A stretch of DNA of 64,000 bases from Mobula hypostoma (Eukaryota), in NCBI RefSeq assembly GCF_963921235.1, contig NC_086118.1, positions 23,190,001 through 23,254,000 on the forward strand, given 5' to 3'. Position numbers and translations under genes: made by a program. Below the pieces are notes generated by a model. It was not told the DNA's origin, did no database searches, and worked only from the letters and a program-made list of their open reading frames with translations. Below are positions 13,391 to 26,690 of this stretch, piece by piece; position 1 is the first letter of the stretch, and every line of letters starts with the position of its first letter.

Positions 13391-14404
13391 TTTCACTAAT
13401 TTGTCAGATAATTATACTGGAAGCCAAATGGTTAATGTACAGAAGGAAAAGGTCTTCATTTATATAATCTCTCATAGTCTTGAAATGTTCCAAACAGCCT
13501 GAAAAGTCAATATGGTCTATATTTTCGTTTGATGTGTAGACTCTGTATAGTATTGCCAGTATCAAAATGTAGTAAAACCTTGATCTCATCAACCCACACT
13601 GAACCGTTAGTTATCATTGAGAAGAAATTGAAAGTAATCTGGATATACTTCTGACTTTAATATGCTTTCACTCAGTTTAATTTCTATGTTGTCAGTAAAC
13701 TGTGAAGAAACTGATCTGTTAGGAGCAATTCCATTTCTTTGGCTTGAATCATCAATTTAAATACCACAGCCAAGTTATAAATAGCCTGGGTTTAGAAATG
13801 TTCATTTGAAGGTAATATACGTCCAAGTATCAGTCTTTAGCCCTGTATTCCCTAATGTTTGCATGTGTAGAATTTCTGGATAAATTAACATTTTTTTTAC
13901 AATAACAGTGCCATTTAAGAGGTTTTCACTTGCTGCTGTTTTTATCCACTTAATGTTATTCTTCACTACTGGAGTTTGAATGCAGTAATGCAGACAATTA
14001 ATCTATGTGGCAAGGGAAGACAGATTTTAGGGTTTCACTCAGTCGAGAACTATTAGAAGTGGATGTTATTTAAGTTACTTGACAATTTATGATAATTAAC
14101 TAAGAGAATCCATTAAAACAATTTAATTGCACTTGAAATTGCTTTATGGGATGAAATGCATCCTGCAAGGTCAGTGGTAGCAACTAAACATCTCATTTGT
14201 TCTCCACTTACCTTTTATACAGATCAATTGTGTGGGCAAAATTATTGTAAAAAAAAAATGAACACAGCAAATTTAAGTTTGGCAGCACCCATCTGTTACT
14301 GGTCACTTCAATTACATTGGGAAATTAATTTTGTGTTGTTTCATTGTGACTTTATTAACTTCTAATTAATTTTTGTTTGTTTCTGTCAATTTTCTGCAGC
14401 TTAT

Positions 14405-14580
14405 TTCAAAGTTTCAAAAGATCCAAATGTTCATTTAATATCAGAGAATGTACAGTGTACAACCTGAAATTTGTACTCTTCACAGACATCCGTGAAACAA
14501 GAACCCCATAGTTTGAATGATAGAAACATCGAAGCCGCGAAGACCCCTTCCCCTTCTCCCTCCTCCCTATGCAAATAAAT
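14405..14580 (-). mobile_element. Short retroposon 3' fragment of the (ctttgaa)n-tail family
   Basis: ttcaaagtttcaaa..tttaatatcagagaatgtac..tacaacctgaaatttg is the reverse complement of the tail type seen at 7100-7188. Confidence 0.45.
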
Positions 14581-16286
14581 TTTATACGTAGTACAAAATT
14601 GGCGTGAGATCAAGAGCTGATTTCTAAATGCATGTGTATTTAGAGAATTCAAGCTTCAAAAGTACAAAGACATACAATCGTGGTGACTGAAAATGGAAGA
14701 ATTCTCAGAACCCTTGAATTCTATTATTAGTGATCTGAATAAAGTAAAGCCTACGTCATCTTCTTGCAGATTATCACAGCAGAAGGAAAACAACAAACTC
14801 TTCTTATGATCTCAGTTCAACATGCTAAGAGGATTGATATGTGTTAGATGAGAGTATTCTGAGATTTGGAATGACTTTTGCTGAGCTTGTAATTGGAAGA
14901 ATTGTCTTTCCGAACACACAATTATGCATCCAGGTTTAGCGTTTGAAGTAATTGTGTGCATTGAATAAAACTATGAACTTCTAATTGGTGGAACTTCTGT
15001 ATTAGTACAGGTGTGTCTAATGTTGTGATTAAGAGAATGATGGTGGTGTACTTGGATATTTTCTGGTGAGTTGTCTCTGGATTTAGTGGATCTAAATCAG
15101 GTTATTCCTTCCAAACAAAGTTGTTTTCCTTTCTTAAGATATGTGGTTTTAATTCATCTATTCAAACAGTACAGATTTAGGGTTGTAAGGGGAGGGGTTA
15201 GTGGAAGAATGGTGGTTTCTTATCTCTATCCTATATATACTCTTGATCAGTTAGAGTTCTTCATCGTCGTATGTTTGGTCTACATTTTACAAACAGAAAT
15301 AATGCACAACTAGTTCAGTTTAGAGATTGTTGTGCAAACCAACATGTTTTTCCATGAACTATGGAAGTCAAAACTTATTCTTTACTGGACTGATTACTCA
15401 GTTACAAAGAAGGATTTGAATGTAATGCCATGTGCTAGTGAAACAGCAGTGCCCTTATGACTAGTTATATCTAAACTATGTAAAGGAATTATGAACGAAA
15501 ACTAATGAATAGCTGTTCCTAAAGATTATGGTATCAGATGACATCTGAAACTTGTAATGAACTAACTGCTACCTTATTCTTTTACTCTGGCAGTAAAAGG
15601 ATGCCAACAATTGCATATTGTGGACGTAAACAAGACCGAATAGCAGCTGTTGAAAGGAATTTAGTAATTCATCAAGTGATTAAACTGTAATGCAACAAGA
15701 TATTTAGAGTCCAGATTTGTTTTTATCTGATATTGGCAAAAGTCCAGGAAAGGAAATAACTGAGTTATTTAAAAGAGAAGTTTGTACCAGCAGCCTGGTG
15801 CTCATTATGGATGTACATATTAAATGGTATGAGATGGGAGATGTTCCTAATAATTCTCCACAAAGAGACTAGAATTGAGTTATTTTGAAAAAGCATGATG
15901 ATAATTTGTAGGGAGATTGATGACTCTCAGTTCTTCCATGCTTGGTTTAAAAGCTGACAGAGTCAGAGATCTGAGTGCAGACGCCAGCCTGCCTCCATAC
16001 ATAATGTTATCTTGTGATAAGGACATAATAATTACTGATGAAGGAGTGGCACTTGACATTCACTCAGCTGACTAGCACCCACAGAGTTTTCTTGGGCATC
16101 ACATTATAGATTAACATTTCACAACTAAATCTGTCTGAGTTCCAGTAAAGGGGGTTTATGACGTCTGTGAGCAAGTGGGGAAATCACAGAATCATAACAA
16201 GTTCTGTATTCATTCAAACTGAAGAATTCTTTCTCTGACCAGCGAAGTCTGAACAAAGAAGCCTAAATCAGGAAATCTAGATTAGA

Positions 16287-16980
16287 ACTTCCGGTCAAGA
16301 TGGCGCCAGCGTACAATGCTCCCTTGGTTGACATCTTCCAGATAGTCCAGGAAGCGAGCGCATACTTGGACAGCCTCGAGGTGAAGAAGCTTAGAGATGG
16401 GGTGCAAGCCCATGTTCAACTCCATTTCGCTGATTAAAGCATCTGTTAATCACCGATTGAAGCGTTGAGGAAGATTGAGACATTGAGGCGAATGTCGAAG
16501 GAGAACAAGGGTCCAGTACCAACTGCCTTCCTGTAGATCATTGCTGAGAAGGAGTCTGTGAGCATCCTATCACTGTGCAGCTCTGTGGCAGGCAGGTAGG
16601 CCTCTGCGCTGGTGTGGTGTCCTTCTCTTCATTGACGAAGGAAGATGCTACAGTGGTTCTGTGTTATGGATTGGAATAACATGTTTATGGACTGTGGACT
16701 TTCTCAGACTTAAGGTTTTTATATTCTGTGTTTTTCACCTGTTTCTTTCCATTTTGTGCGGGGGGGGGTTTGAAGTCAATGTTCTTGCTTTGTGTGGGAG
16801 GAGGGTTGTTTCGGGGGTTGATGATCGGGATGCTGTTCACTTTTGAGTGGGGGGTGGTTTGATGTTTCTCTCAGATTGGTTTTCATGTTCTTTCTTTGTT
16901 TTGTGCCTATCTGGAGAAGACAAATCTCAGTTGTTAATGGATACATACTTTGATAATAAATAAACCTTTAAACCTTTGAA
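16287..16980 (+). mobile_element. Non-coding retroposon with ETS/YY1-like 5' end and (cctttgaa)n tail
   Basis: Starts acttccggtcaagatggcgcc and ends ggagaagacaaatctcag..tacatactttgataataaataaacctttaaacctttgaa. No recognisable ORF. Confidence 0.6.
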
Positions 16981-17899
16981 TGAAATAAAGGTAAGGAAGT
17001 TCAGATTAAGGAGGTGAAGAAGTTGGAAAAAAGGCCTAAGAACAAATACTTCCTTTTTGAAGGAGTAAGACTGTACACTTAAAAAGCAAAATTTTCAGGG
17101 TCAGAGAAGTTGTTTGATCATCATACCATTAAACTTACCCACTGCTGAGTGTTGCTGGCTACTTTTTCAGCTGTTTTTGATTGGAACCAGGATGGAAGTA
17201 TACCTCCCTTCGATGAGATATCAACCATTTGCAGAGAGAAATTTGTGAAAATACTCCTGTGGTTTGCAATGTATGAAAGCTGAAAGTTGAGAATCTGTAA
17301 ATGTCTTGTGGTAAATACTAGTAGACTGGCCTCAAGGTAATTTTGAAGTGGCCAATTTGTACAACTGAGTCCCAAACATTTGAATATCTTACCCAAAATT
17401 TCTGCAGGGTAGGAGTTAGTTTTCTTGAAGGAAATAACATTAGAAGCTGTTCACAGTATACTTCTTTGTATACTTACCAATCAAAGATAACAATTCATGG
17501 TCATATCAGAAATCTAGTTTTGTAATCAAATGTGTTAGACAGAGGTTATAATTGCAGCTATAACTTTAGTGGTAACTTTCTGGTTGAATGGTCCATAAAG
17601 TTGTCAGTGATCAATAGCATTAATTCTGGATGGTCTACTATGTCAACAAAGGCCCTTAATGGAAGACAATTTTCTGGAACTCAATAATTACCTGGCTTCT
17701 GTTTGCACAGAAAATTATGACTTGTGTTTAATTACATCCAAGCAGCACATGGCTGGTGCAGCTGTCTTCTTCATAACTCGGAAAGGAGAGAAACTTCTAC
17801 CACAAATTGGAATGAAGAATGTGCAGAAGAATTGTTATAGGGACTGGAGAAAGTATTGCAAGATCTTTTAAAAGAGAGAACAAAACTTGAATCATAACA

Positions 17900-19200
17900 G
17901 AGAAGAAGCAATTCATCTCTGGGAGTCTGTACCTTGTCTCTGCAGAGCAATCCTAGAAGTAACATTCCCCAGGTTTCCCCTGCAACCCTGCAGATTGATT
18001 ACTGTCAGTTGCCTATCTAAATTGTAATTGAAAGTACAAATTGGTTCAAATTCCACCACCTTTTGCAGGCAGTGATCCTAACTGCTTCCTTGTAATTTTT
18101 GGCCAAAACTTTAAATTGTTTCTCACGTCCTTGAACCATCTGCTGATTTGAACAGTTTCCATCTATTTACCCTATCTAATCCAGTCATGCTCAAGCTTCT
18201 TATTCAAGGAAGACAATTCCTGATTTTCCACTTTAAGGTCCATTTTTAAGCTGAAATATCACATCTCTAGGACTATTCTGATAAATTTTCTGTGCATCAT
18301 TCAATAATAGATGCAAAGATCCTGTAAAGTGTACTAATCAGAATAGGTTACAATAGTCCATTTGTGGTCCATCCTGGCAGAGTTTTATTCAGGTTAACAT
18401 AATTTCCCTGCTTTTGTATTCTCAGCTTCTATTTATTTCTCCTTGGATTGCAAATGCAAGAGTAACTAGTTTCAATGATTTATGTGCATGCACACACAGG
18501 ACCCTCTGTAACTCATCACCCTTTAGAACTGTACCATTTAATCTGTATTGTCTTTCCTTTTCCTGCTAAAACATCACTTCACACTTCTGCATTAAATTTC
18601 ATCTGCACTTCTCTGCCCTTTCTTACAGTATCCCTGCCTTCCTGCATTTTACTCCGATCCATTTCATTGTTTTACACACTTTGAAGTTTTGCATCACTCT
18701 GCAAATTTGGAAATTTTATCCTGCATATCCCTGTGTAAGACCTTTGCTTTTTCTCTTGAAGTCTATTTCCAAATCATGTCACTTGTCATCTTTCAATTCT
18801 TTACCCCTCAAATTTACTATCCGCCTCTTGTGTGAGACTTCAAATCTCAACCATGCATTCCCTTAATCAAAAAACAAATCAATCAGATTAGTCAAACATA
18901 ATTTATCTGCAACAAACCTGTGTGCCTCTACTTTTATCAATTCAAAGTTTTCCAAGTGCCTACTAGTATGCTTGATTATTATTTGAAAAAGCTTCTTGAC
19001 ACCTGAAGCTAAGCCTGTATTACCTGTTATGTTTTGAACATTTTCCAATTACTTTGATATCTTCCTTCCTCCTTGGGTATATTTGAAGAACATAGCAAGC
19101 CCTTCCGCAATTTCTACCCTGACCTCCCATAGCAACTTCTGGATGCATATTTGTTGATTTAGTTACTTCAAAAGTATCTGGCCTTTCTTTTATATCCTGT
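17900..19200 (-). mobile_element. Highly decayed CR1-like LINE
   Basis: ORF 18863..19048 keeps HRFVADKLCLTNLIDLF (CR1 QHGFVKGKSCLTNLIEFF). Weak CR1-like patches continue leftward. Boundaries are approximate. Confidence 0.5.
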
Positions 19201-19571
19201 ATCAATTTACATCCTATTGATATCTCTACCGTTTCCCCTTCTACTGAATGAAAAGATGGGTGTTAAGTGGATGGAGAATCATTTGCTTACCGTGGTTGCT
19301 GTTAGGACTGAGCAGACCTATGTAAAGTTGTGCGTGTTCACAGTCATTATGACTGTGAGAGATCAGTTGATTGAATCAGAGATTAAGTTTTGCTTTTACT
19401 CTATGGAGACTTGACAATCAGAGACTGTGACTTTGAAGGAACACAGACCGCACTATTGCAACATTTTCAGAGACAATTGCATGCAATGTATTACAAGGCT
19501 GCAGTGATAACCAGGCCAGATCTAGAGCAGGAGTTAACAGGTATTATCTAAGGAGCTACTTATCTGTCATT

Positions 19572-19720
19572 AAAACTAAAAGAGCTGCAGATTATGAAAA
19601 TCTGAAATAAAAACAGAAAGTGTGCTAAACTTTCAGCATCTCAGAGTAATGAAATTTCAGATGAAAGGTCCTTTGTCAGAAAATTGGAAAAAGAGATAGA
19701 AGTGTTACCTTTAAATTGCA
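19572..19720 (-). mobile_element. Penelope-like pLTR remnant
   Basis: ctgcagattatgaaaatctgaaataaaaacagaaagtg..tttcagatgaaaggtcctttgtcaga; the reverse complement gives ctgacaaaggacctttcatctgaaat, a decayed hammerhead layout. Confidence 0.5.
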
Positions 19721-19734
19721 GAGTTATACATATA

Positions 19735-20210
19735 AGGTAAATACCAGGGCACTAAGAAATGTAGATGTACCCAGAGACCTGGTTTCCTATAAGTGGCAAA
19801 ACAGGTAGATAGGATGGAGAAGAAAGCAAGTGGCATGCTTGCCTTTGTAACTTAGGGTAAGAATATAAGAGATGGAACATTATTGTTTTAGGCTACATTT
19901 GGAATACTGTGTGCACTTTTGATTGCCCCACTAAATGAAAGATGTGATTTGCACTGGGGAGAGAGCAGAAGACATTTACCAGGATGTTTCCTGGATTAGA
20001 GGACCTCTGTTCTGAAGAGAGTTTGGATAGCCTGGGCTTGTTTTCCCTGGAGTAAAGAAGGCTGAAGGGTGACCTGACCTGAAGGGTATATAAGATTATG
20101 AGAAGAACACATAGTCAACCTTTTTCCCATGGTGGGGTTATCATAAACAAGAGGGCAGACTTGTAAGTATGAAAGAAGATCTGAGGGGTAAGTTTTTTTT
20201 TAAACAATGA
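19735..20210 (+). mobile_element. Degenerate CR1 ORF2 C-terminal fragment
   Basis: ggaatactgtgtgcacttttgattgcccca, ctgggcttgttttccctggag..gaaggctgaagggtgacctg: CR1 motifs. Confidence 0.7.
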
Positions 20211-21283
20211 GAAGGACCCATTTGTGTGCTATACAATATACTTCAATGCAAAGCTAAGGAAGGAATGGATAGGGCAAAGATCATATTTTTGATCGGATGA
20301 GGCCAAGGTTGTAGTGGGGATAAGTTATGGAATTTCTCCAGTCCTTAGGATATGGGAGCAGTTAAAGGATAATAATGCAAACCAGGAAGTGTGAAAGGTT
20401 GCAAAGTGCAGTGTTCTGGCATCTGTTCAGCAGACAGGAGAAGAGAAAAATGTCACAGATGGATAACTTGCAAAGATGGCCTCTTGTGCCCCTAGATAGG
20501 TCAGTAAATTACTTGAAGTTGTGGAATTTGATGTCTGGAAACCTGTAACATTCTGTATGGTTGTATTAGATTAGATTAGATTATGAGGACACGCAGTCCT
20601 CTTTTTATTGTCATTTAGTAATGCATGCATTAAGAAATGATACAGCCTTCTTGACTGGTGTTGTTGAGAATGAAGAGAGCCTGAATTACTGATGACAAAA
20701 TAGATAAAGCACTGAAAAGCTGCAGATTGAAGATTATGTAAAACTCTCTTAATCACTGGATTGAAGTAAAACTAATAAAGCTATCTAAATTTCATTTACC
20801 CTAGTGACATTTGGATTTATAACCAGTTCCGAAGTGTTTACAAATGGTGCATGCTCTGGAAATGTCCTTAGTTGCCTAGAATTGAATTTTTGGACTAGAT
20901 CTTTGTTGTTGATTTAAATTGTTCTATAAATACATAATATACTTTTGCACTTAATACATAAATAATCTATTACTTCATAATTATTGTGAACAAGTAAACT
21001 AAAGAAAACTGATCAGCATGAATCAAGCATGGTGGTAGCCAGGCCAATTGCGGATTCATCTAAAATGGAAAGTTTCTCTGAATTGTTTCAAATTCATGTT
21101 CAGCTCATAATTAGTCTGCAAATATGCACCGTATATTAAATATACATTGAAAGGGACATAAAGACTTTTAAACTAATTTCTGAAACTATAATAGAAGACA
21201 AAACTGACCAAAACATATAATCTTAATGATTTTTTTCTGAATTGGAAGTGATTTCCTGTCTTCCTGTTTCATGTTTGTTTTAG

Positions 21284-21408
21284 CTTTAGTTGTAACAACT
21301 GCGACTGCTGGATTTGCAATGGCACCTGTACCCTTCGACCTTAGCTGTTTCCTTCTCACCACTGTTGGAACAGGGCTTGCTTCCTGTGCTGCCAACTCCA
21401 TTAACCAG
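21284..21408 (+). CDS. COX10: COX10 internal coding exon (equivalent to human exon 4), 125 bp, start of UbiA prenyltransferase domain
   Basis: Acceptor ..gtttgttttag| and donor cag|gtgagt. Translates (A)[41 protein letters not shown], matching COX10 [42 protein letters not shown]. Absent from the ORF track. Confidence 0.97.
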
Positions 21409-22009
21409 GTGAGTAATTCATTTTAACACAAACCAGACAAAAATCAGCACTTTTTGAAGTCTCACACCTTTGCTGGGAAGGACGTATATACTGTATTGTT
21501 CTCCATATGGGAATGCTGAATGAGTAGACCTTTTCCAATAAATAAATATAATCTTTAATGTTATATCATTTAAAATAAAGACAATCTTACGCCTTTATTG
21601 TTTTTTTAAATAAACAGCTTAATGTTTGAAATTCCAGCAGAATTTAAATAAACATGCAAAAGTACTTTAAGTTATTAGTAAGAGGCTGAGGGTATTTTGT
21701 TTTATACATTTTAATTGTATAATGGACCACATGGTTACTCTTTTTAACAAAGGAACAGTCTACTCTGGATACTGTTCGTTAGCAATTTGCTAGTATTAAC
21801 ACTGCATGTCTGCATTCCGTAGTGTAACTCATCTTTGAAACAGTTTTGTTTTGTTCCTAATTCTCTAATTTAAAATGCTTGTAACCATGATTAATATGGC
21901 CTAATCATATTTCTCTATAGTAATCAAAGTTGTTGATCCTCAGTTAGAAGGGGTTGAAGAAAGACATTAACAAGGCATGAAGCATGTGTTTTTGCATGAC
22001 CCTTGAGTT

Positions 22010-22804
22010 AGACCATAGGACATAGGAGCAGAATATGGCCTTTTGGCAAATCAAGTCTGCTCCGCCATTGCATCATGGCTGATTTTTATCTCTCTTTCAA
22101 CCCCATTCTCCTGCATTCTCTCCATAACCTTTGATGCCCTTACTAATCAAAAACCTGTCGACCTCCACTTTAAATATACCCAATAAATGTACCCACTGCT
22201 GTCTGTGGCAATGAATTTCACAGATTCACTACCCTCGGGCTAAAGAAATACTTCCTCATCTTTGTTCTAAAAGGACACTCTTGTATCCTGAGGCTGTGCC
22301 CTTTAGTCCTATACTCTCCCACTATTGGAAACTTCCTCTCCATATGCACTTCTTCTAGGCCTTAAAATATTTGGTATTTTTCCAATGAGATTCCCCATCA
22401 TTGTTCTAAACTTCAGTAAGTACAGGCCAAGGGCTGTCATATATTAACCCTTTCATTCCCAGGATTATTCTTGTAAATTTCTTCTGGACTCCAATGCCAG
22501 GACATCCATTTTGAGAAATCGGGCCCAAAACTGTTTGTAGTACTCCAAATGTGGTCTAACCAATGCCTTCTGATGTCTCAACATTACGTCTTAGCTTTTA
22601 TATTCCAGTCCTCTTGAAATTATTGCTGTCATTGCATTTGTTTTCCTTACCACTGACTCAATCTGCATGTTAACCTTTAAGGAATCCTGCACTAGGGCTC
22701 CCAAGTCTCTCTGCACCTCTGATTTCTGAATTCACTTCCCATTTAGAAAATAGTCTGTGCCTTTTATTCCTTCTACAAAGTGCATGACCATACACTTACC
22801 TACA
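22010..22804 (-). mobile_element. CR1 LINE 3' fragment, degenerate
   Basis: Antisense to the CR1 3' ends at 53400-54217. 3' UTR and tail gaccataggacataggagcagaa at 22011. Confidence 0.85.
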
Positions 22805-23227
22805 GTTGAGGGACTTGACAATATATAATGCGTACCCATTGTACCCATTGATAATGTGGGTACGCATGACAATACATAATGCGTACCCATTAAACAGCCC
22901 AGTTCATTTTCCGTGTTCTGCTTTATCTTTCTTTCTTTGCATCTGCAAGGGAAGATCTCGTGGACTTGCAGCTCCAAATTCGGGAGGTTAAGTTTACCAC
23001 CCATACCTTTGTGTTACACTTCCTGTTGTGATAGCCATTGAGACCTGAGAATTCTGCATTTTTGCTTTCCTTAAAGGTTAAGCAACAAACCAGAGTTTGA
23101 TTCCTTTATATTTTGGAGAGCATAATATAACAGTTGCATAAGAGTTAAAGTTGTGTCTGTTAATTGGCATCTGCATTGTAACTTGGAAGTGCTACATCTA
23201 CATCAAATGCAGGTTCAGTGAAAACTT

Positions 23228-23348
23228 GTGAAGAGGTTTCTCAGCCCGAAAAGTTAGTTGACTATTTACTCTTTTCCATAGATGCTGAGTTCCTCCAACA
23301 TTTTGTGTGTGTTGCTTTGGATTTGCAGCATCTGCAGACTTTCTCGCT
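23228..23348 (+). mobile_element. Penelope-like pLTR remnant with decayed hammerhead
   Basis: gtgaagaggtttctcagcccgaaaagttagttgactatttactcttttccatagatgctgagttcctccaacattttgtgtgtgttgc is homologous to 42974-43066. Confidence 0.7.
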
Positions 23349-24084
23349 GTAAGATTTGTGACTTATAACTAAACATATATGAACTCTATCTGACGTGTAC
23401 TATATTAGCAAAATCGGTGCTTCCATTTTGTACATGCTCTTAGCCGAGATCTGCAACTTGTTGTTAGTTTTTTGCTCTGACTGCATTGTGTGTATCACTG
23501 TAATGAAGGTGGAATTTGTTTTCTTCCCGGTGATGTTACCACGTTTCATTTCATCTGTTTGAAAAACAATAGTAACTAGTAGGACTGTAATGTTTCAAGT
23601 AGTTTATATTTCCCAAGCTATGAGAAGCAATTTTGTTTGACTGTGCTCAGAATATTTCACAGAAACTGGGCATAAATACATGATTGGCCTCAATGAGGTC
23701 TGCAAGGTTTTAGCCGGACAGGTTGCCTTAAGCAATAGTGCTGCCTTTAATCTGTGGGTTGATGAAGTGATGGTGATAGTGATATATCAAAATATTCCTT
23801 GGTGGTTTCATGCTGTTGTTTTAAAACTCTGTCAGAAGATGTTAATGTCAAATTCATTTTGAAATGCACACAGCATGTCTTTAATTAGTAATAGTTAATG
23901 TTTCATTTGATAAATTACAAAATTATGCAAACTAGAAAAAATGCTTTAAGCATATAAATCAGAAAGGGTTTGTTCTACTCGAGACTTCTATCAATTAAAC
24001 TCTTATACTTATTGTTGAAGTATAGCAAGCATTTTGAATTAAAATGCTTTTAATTTTAATGCTGTGACGAAGGCAGATGGTAGG

Positions 24085-24355
24085 GCACCATGGATAGCTC
24101 GGGGGGGGGGGTGTGGTCAGAGTTTGGAGCTCAATTCTAGTGCCCTCTATAAGGAGTTTCTGTACGTCCTTCCCTTGCAATGCTTGGGTTTTTCCCAGCT
24201 GCTCCTATTTCCTATCATAGTTCAACTCCATTGTAAATTGTTCTTTAATTAGATTCCAGTTAAATCAGGGCAATCTGGAGCTGCTGGGGTGACACAGCTC
24301 AAAAGGCTGGAAGGGCCTACTCCACGTGTATCTCTAAACAAAACAAAAATAAATA
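24085..24355 (+). mobile_element. V-SINE (HE1-like), degenerate
   Basis: Core ctctataaggagtttctgtacgtccttccc..gggtttttccc and a 3' gctggaagggcctactc + A-rich tail, shared with 33308-33600. Confidence 0.6.
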
Positions 24356-24371
24356 ATATAGAAATCCTATA

Positions 24372-25130
24372 TGTGATCGATGTCATTCCCAGATAGCTTC
24401 TTTAACTGACATGTTTTGGTCATGTCCTTTGTTGAAAAAATATTGGAAAGATATTTTTGATATTATTTCAACGGTTTTGAATATAGACTTACAGTATTTT
24501 TGGGTTACCAATGATAGAATCAAATCATTTAACCTCTTCAGCTCGTCGGATGATTGCATTTCTTACTTTAATGGCTAGAAGATCTATTTTGCTGTATTGG
24601 AAAGAGATTAACCCTCCTACTATATTTCACTAGTTTTCGCAAACTATGTTGTGTTTAAATTTGGAAAAAATTAGAAGTGTGGTTTATGACGAGGCCATTT
24701 ATTCAGCATTTTCATATGATGTAATTTGACCATTTCCAAACTTATTTTACTTCTCTGTAATGTTGGTTGAGAGGAATGGAGTCGTCGACACTGAAGTTTT
24801 CTTTTCTCCCATTTTTTACGATGTTAAAACAGCCCAGGTCTTTTTTTTAGTTTAGTTGATTAATTCTATTTAGATTAGTTTTTTTTGAGGGGGTTATTAT
24901 TTTTTTTTCCTTTTTCATGATTTTTGTTTAGATATTTCTTTTTGTTCTGTATTATTCATTAGTATCCTATATGATTGGGAGTTTTGTCAATTAAGTACTA
25001 TTTGGTTTTATAATTACTCATGTTAATTATAACAATGTATTCCCAATAACTTTGTACTATTATTATGTCATGATTATATTTTATGAAACTAATAAAAAGA
25101 TTGAAAAAGAAAAGAAAGAAAAAATAAATA
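24372..25130 (+). mobile_element. L1/Tx1-clade LINE 3' fragment
   Basis: Decayed ORF2 C-terminus (D)MFWSCPLLKKYWKDIFDIISTVL..ARRSILLYWKEINPP..LEKIR, a T-rich 3' UTR, then aataaa + A-rich tail (gaaaaagaaaagaaagaaaaa). Confidence 0.75.
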
Positions 25131-26029
25131 AGTGAATTTTAATCAGTAGGATGACTTGAAGTGTAACATGGGGGCAAAATTGAAAATGGTGAATACAGAA
25201 TAGGGTAGATAATCTTGTAGTGCAGTTTGATGTTGGTATGTATGACACTGTGGGCATCACTGTGTCATGCTTGAAAGAAGATCATTGTTGAGAGCTCAAC
25301 ATTCTGGAATGGTTCCGGAGGACTGGAAAATTGCAATTGTCACTCCACTCTTAAGCCGGCAGGGAATCAGAAGAAAGGAAAGTATCGGCCATTTAGCCTG
25401 ACTTCAGTGGTTGGAAAGATGTTGGAGTCAATGTAAATGATGGGATTTTGGGCTACTTGGAGGCGCATGAGAAATTAGTCCAAAGTCAATCTGGTTTTCT
25501 TAATGGGAAATCTAGCCTTACAAACCTGTTGGAATTCCTTGAAGAAATACAGTCAAGGTAGACAAAGTAGAAGTCAGTGGATGCTGTTTACTTTGATTTC
25601 AGAAGGCTTTTGACAAGGTGCCACATATGAGGCTGCTTAACAAGATACAAAGATACGAGCATGGTTAGAAGATTAGCTGACTGGCAGGAGACAAAGAGTG
25701 GAAGTAAGGGGAGGCCTTTTTTGGGTGGCTGCTGGTGATTTGTGATGCTCCGCACGGGTCAGTATTGGGACTGCTTTTTGATTTATTTAAACTATTTGAA
25801 CTGTTTGAATGAAGGAATTGGTGCTTTGTGGCCAAATTTGCATACAATACAAAGATAGGTGGAGAGACAGGTAGTGCTGAGGAAGCAAAGAGTCTGCAGA
25901 AAGTCTTGGACAGATTGTGATAATGGATATAGAAGTGGCAGATGGAATATAACATAGGGAAGTGTATGGTCATGCACTCTAGTAGACTATTTTCTAAACG
26001 AAAAAAATGCAAAAATCAGGTGCAAAGGT

Positions 26030-26373
26030 ATAATGTGATTGTCACTTTTTTTTGCAAGGGAGGGTGCTGGGGTTTTGAAGTCATTGTCACTTTTTTTGCG
26101 ATGGAGGGGATGTGGGGGTTTAGGGTTTGATGATGTTCCAGCCGTCATTTTCGGTGTGAGTAATCCTTTAGCTTTTGTGCGAGGGAGGAGTTAGGAGTTT
26201 AGGGTTTACAGGTTTTGTTTCTTTTTCATTTTAATGTGGAAAGGGGATTGATGTCTTTCCTTTCAATGACTCCCATGGTTCTTCCTGTTTTTCATGGCTA
26301 CCTGGAGAAGACGAATATCAGAGTTGTATTGTACATGCATACTTTAACAATAAAATGAACCTTTGAAGCTTTG
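26030..26373 (+). mobile_element. Retroposon 3' fragment of the (ctttgaa)n-tail family inserted in CR1
   Basis: ctggagaagacgaatatcagagttgtattgtacatgcatactttaacaataaaatgaacctttgaagctttg is similar to 16905-16980. Confidence 0.6.
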
Positions 26374-26690
26374 TAGCTTTTGTGCTGGGGGTGAGGAAGA
26401 CAAATGCCATGTTAGCATTTATTTTGAGAGGACTAGAATATAAGAACAGGGATGTGATGCTGAAGTTTTATCAAGTATTGGGTGGACTGCACTTTGAGTA
26501 TTATGAGCAGTTTTCGGCCCCTTATGTATGAAAAGATGTGCTGGCATTGGAGAGGGCCCAGAGGAGGTTCATGAGAATAATTCCAGGAATAAAAGGGTTA
26601 ACATATGAAGAGCATTGGATGGCACTGGGCATGTACTCACTGGAGTTTAGAAGAATGAGGGAGGATCTCATTGAAAACTATTGGATATTT

